In this document: positions 61,327 through 64,000 of the stretch, piece after piece
Layout: each line of letters begins with the position of its first letter
Position numbering within the stretch: the first letter of the stretch is position 1
Source of the DNA: a virus
Lineage: Duplodnaviria > Heunggongvirae > Uroviricota > Caudoviricetes
Reading direction: 5' to 3' (one strand)
DNA length: 64,000 nucleotides
Virus record (IMG/VR): IMGVR_UViG_3300032272_000001
Coordinates: 103,273-167,272 of that record
Made by a program: the position numbers and the translations under genes
Notes under the pieces: generated by a model
What the model was told of the DNA's origin: nothing
The model's input: only the letters and a program-made list of their open reading frames with translations
The model's database searches: none

Positions 61327-63963
61327 ATGGCTCTAATTACTAAAACATTTAATGGTGCACATACTTTTTATGTAGATCCATCAATTGTAGATGGCAAAAG
61401 AACGGCGGACATTTCTGCTATAAATTTATATTTTAAACACAAACCAGACATGTTTCTAAACACCAATGATGGTGCTAAAGCTGGTGTCACTATCTCTATA
61501 GCAGAGACAATGTATGATGTTCCAAGAATAACAAGAGATTCTGGTATTTTTACTGGTAGAGTTGCAAAATTAGAGCTTTCTGAAATTTTAACATCATCAG
61601 ATGCTACAGTACCATCAACATTTAGATTTGCGCAACCTATTACTGTTGAAACAGACAAATCATATTCTTTTATTATTGAATATGATTTGTCCAGTGATTT
61701 TATTCCTTGGACTTCGGTCCAAGGTGATGTTCTGACAGGATCAACAAACATTTCTCCTGGACCATCAAACAAATTTATTGGTAAATATTATGATTTTGTT
61801 TCATTGTTTGCTGCTGCTGATGATACAAATTTGGATGAATACATAAAATCATGGAGACCAGTTTCAGACACTTCATTGAAATTTGATATTTTAATTGCTA
61901 GATATTCTCATGGTGGTGTACCAGTTACGGCAAATGGTACTATAGATACAGATGATATCATTTCAGTTACGCCTTTATCTAATGTTACTGCAAATTCTAC
62001 TGGTAAAAATTTCGATGTTAATTTTGGTTCATATGAATTTATGTCATTCAATGAAAATCGATCTACAAAATCAACTTATGTTGGTGGTATGATGGCATAT
62101 CAAAATACAGTATTTTATCCTGGTGGTTTTGCAGGTTCAAATACATATGTTCAATTAACTACTATTGCTGGAAATTCCACAATTACTGCAAATACACAAT
62201 TGCCTGATGGTACTAATTTTAATTGGAATACTATATTTCCTGCTGTAAATCCAGAGAATCGTATTGTTATTACCGATGGAACAACTGTCAACATAAGAAC
62301 GATAGGAACTATCGTTTCGAATACAATTCTTACGGTTACAGAAGATTGTACGTTTTCAAACACAGATACGAAGTTGATGGTGACTCCAACTGGTCGGGTT
62401 TCATCGCTCAATAAATCATCTCCATTTGGTATTAATGATGCCTTTATCATGCTGGCTAATAGTTCAGCAAATTCGACTGTGCGATTTGTTAATAATCAAA
62501 TTGTAGCAACAACAATAACGGATGGAGGAACAGGATATAACAATGCTGATGTTTTCTATGTTAAAGGGTTTGAGTCTGTTAGTGGTGCTGTTGATGGCGG
62601 GTATGTTGCTGTTGCCAATCTTGTTACTAATAGCACTGGTGGGATCACTTCTCTATATTTTTCGAATCTTGGTTGCGGATTTGTAAATACTGCGGCTATT
62701 GATGTTGCGGTAGCAAATTCTACTGAAGTAGGCAATACTTCAGCAAATACTACTGCTGGTTCTGGAGCAACATTCACATATACTGTTGGTGCTGATGTTA
62801 AAACAGAATACGGAACAACTAGCCTTAGAGATGTTATTGTTCGTAATATTGATATGGGGGAATTTATACCGTATCATAGAATCGATACCCCGCCTGGTAT
62901 CGATTATACTCTAAAATTAGAGACAAATTACATCAAAAAATCTAATTCATCAACTCTTTCTGGCGAAGCATATTATGTTAATGATGGCGTATCAAACAAT
63001 CAATTGTCTGTCATCATGTATGATTTAAATTCTACTGATTATCTAGAAGAGATTCCATTGATACCATCAAAATCAAATGAATTTCATATGTTGTATGAAA
63101 ACGGTGATCCTAATGATAAAGTATCGAATTCGGCATCAAGATCTTCACAATCACTTGTTCTGAAAACAGATATTAGTTCTAATTCAGATTGGGCAACGGT
63201 TCGTATGAGCAGACCTTCTGTTCAATTCAGCAAATATATTATTAATAACGATTATACTGATGAACATACTGATAGTGGTAATGCATATTCGAAAGGCATT
63301 ACAAATACTGTTGATTTCAAAAGAACATCAGAAGATATTCGATTGTTCTTAACAGCATACAAACCAGCAAATACAGATATTAAAGTGTATGCAAGAATAT
63401 ACAAGAACGAAGATCCAGAAGCATTTGATGATAAAAATTGGACAGAACTTGAATTGAAAGATGGTGATGGTCTTGTATCATCTTCTGCCGATGCACTTGA
63501 TTATATTCAATTAGAATATGGTTTTTATCAAGTTCCTCAAGACAGAACAGCGTTAACTGGTTCTGTTCAAGTTGCTACTGGTGATGAAACAATCACTGGT
63601 TCTGGTACAGATTTTGTTACTGATCTAGCTGTTGGTGATTTAGTTTATATGTATCAACCGCTATTTGTTGAAAATCATCTTATTGCTGCTGTATCTTCGA
63701 TAACAAACACTACATCATTTGAAATGGATACAACAACAGCAAATTCATCAATTCTTGCTGAAGGTATGCAAATAGAAAAAATCACATACCCCGAACAAGC
63801 GTTCAATAATAAACAAAACAGTAATGTTGTTAGATACTATAATGGATCTACATCAAAATTTGATGGGTATGAGCATGTCGCTCTTAAAATAGTCCATCTA
63901 TCATCAAGTCCGCACAAAATACCAAGAGTCGATGATTATGAAGTCGTTTCTGTGTCGGCCTAA
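61327..63963 (+). CDS. Large structural fiber-like protein (878 aa)
   Basis: N/S/T-rich. Confidence 0.4.
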   Translation: MALITKTFNGAHTFYVDPSIVDGKRTADISAINLYFKHKPDMFLNTNDGAKAGVTISIAETMYDVPRITRDSGIFTGRVAKLELSEILTSSDATVPSTFRFAQPITVETDKSYSFIIEYDLSSDFIPWTSVQGDVLTGSTNISPGPSNKFIGKYYDFVSLFAAADDTNLDEYIKSWRPVSDTSLKFDILIARYSHGGVPVTANGTIDTDDIISVTPLSNVTANSTGKNFDVNFGSYEFMSFNENRSTKSTYVGGMMAYQNTVFYPGGFAGSNTYVQLTTIAGNSTITANTQLPDGTNFNWNTIFPAVNPENRIVITDGTTVNIRTIGTIVSNTILTVTEDCTFSNTDTKLMVTPTGRVSSLNKSSPFGINDAFIMLANSSANSTVRFVNNQIVATTITDGGTGYNNADVFYVKGFESVSGAVDGGYVAVANLVTNSTGGITSLYFSNLGCGFVNTAAIDVAVANSTEVGNTSANTTAGSGATFTYTVGADVKTEYGTTSLRDVIVRNIDMGEFIPYHRIDTPPGIDYTLKLETNYIKKSNSSTLSGEAYYVNDGVSNNQLSVIMYDLNSTDYLEEIPLIPSKSNEFHMLYENGDPNDKVSNSASRSSQSLVLKTDISSNSDWATVRMSRPSVQFSKYIINNDYTDEHTDSGNAYSKGITNTVDFKRTSEDIRLFLTAYKPANTDIKVYARIYKNEDPEAFDDKNWTELELKDGDGLVSSSADALDYIQLEYGFYQVPQDRTALTGSVQVATGDETITGSGTDFVTDLAVGDLVYMYQPLFVENHLIAAVSSITNTTSFEMDTTTANSSILAEGMQIEKITYPEQAFNNKQNSNVVRYYNGSTSKFDGYEHVALKIVHLSSSPHKIPRVDDYEVVSVSA

Positions 63964-64000
63964 TATTAGAAAGATAAATAATGACAGATAAAGACATGAT

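Overview
This window is AT-rich DNA from a T4-like (Tevenvirinae-like) myovirus. The GC content is an estimate by eye and was not computed. The T4-like assignment rests on four things seen in the sequence. First, a clear gp32 ssDNA-binding protein homolog (2246..3169). Second, a baseplate and tail module with homologs of gp25, gp6, the gp5 beta-helical spike, the gp5.4 PAAR tip and a gp19/gp54-family tail tube protein, plus very large fiber-like proteins (43.6..64 kb). Third, T4-type late-promoter motifs (TATAAATA) upstream of structural genes and gene 32. Fourth, a classic early region made of dozens of small ORFs, each behind its own sigma70-like promoter module (TTGACA-N16-TATGAT on the + strand, TTGACT-N16-TAGTAT on the - strand).

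The most striking content is a massively expanded family of at least 13 intact paralogs, one decayed copy and one pentapeptide-repeat chimera. It lies at 7.0..10.2 kb on the - strand and 15.7..31.3 kb on the + strand. Each intact hexapeptide copy has a conserved N-terminus (MSEFHKHSNGGGLVESTA..IGPNA), a variable number of imperfect hexapeptide repeats (V-[YFSC]-[GD]-[ND]-A-x, from 163 to 265 aa in total) and a conserved C-terminal domain of about 70 aa (SKPFPxI.RSD.YDFILVPDKDGIDRIIAGCRYF..EAIEHWT.TR.GTKLG.ETL..I..LQ.L). The chimera (9481..10236) keeps only the C-terminal domain. I do not recognise that C-terminal domain from any characterised family.

Other notable content:
- an ArdA-like acidic antirestriction candidate (12509..13018)
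- a phage-encoded OMP decarboxylase, pyrF (40561..41238)
- an SPFH/band-7 lipoprotein (31529..32479)
- a MarR-type regulator (39495..39866)
- a 1047-aa protein with an M15 peptidase zinc motif (33838..36981)
- two tRNAs (Arg-TCT, and a probable Met-CAT with a long variable region)
- a GC-richer cassette bracketed by 57-bp perfect direct repeats (25411..25977)
- repeat-rich non-coding regions at 1..800 and 14400..14950.

Host identity cannot be determined from the sequence. The low GC and the N/S/T-rich giant structural proteins would fit a marine T4-like phage (pelagiphage- or cyanophage-like), but that is speculation.
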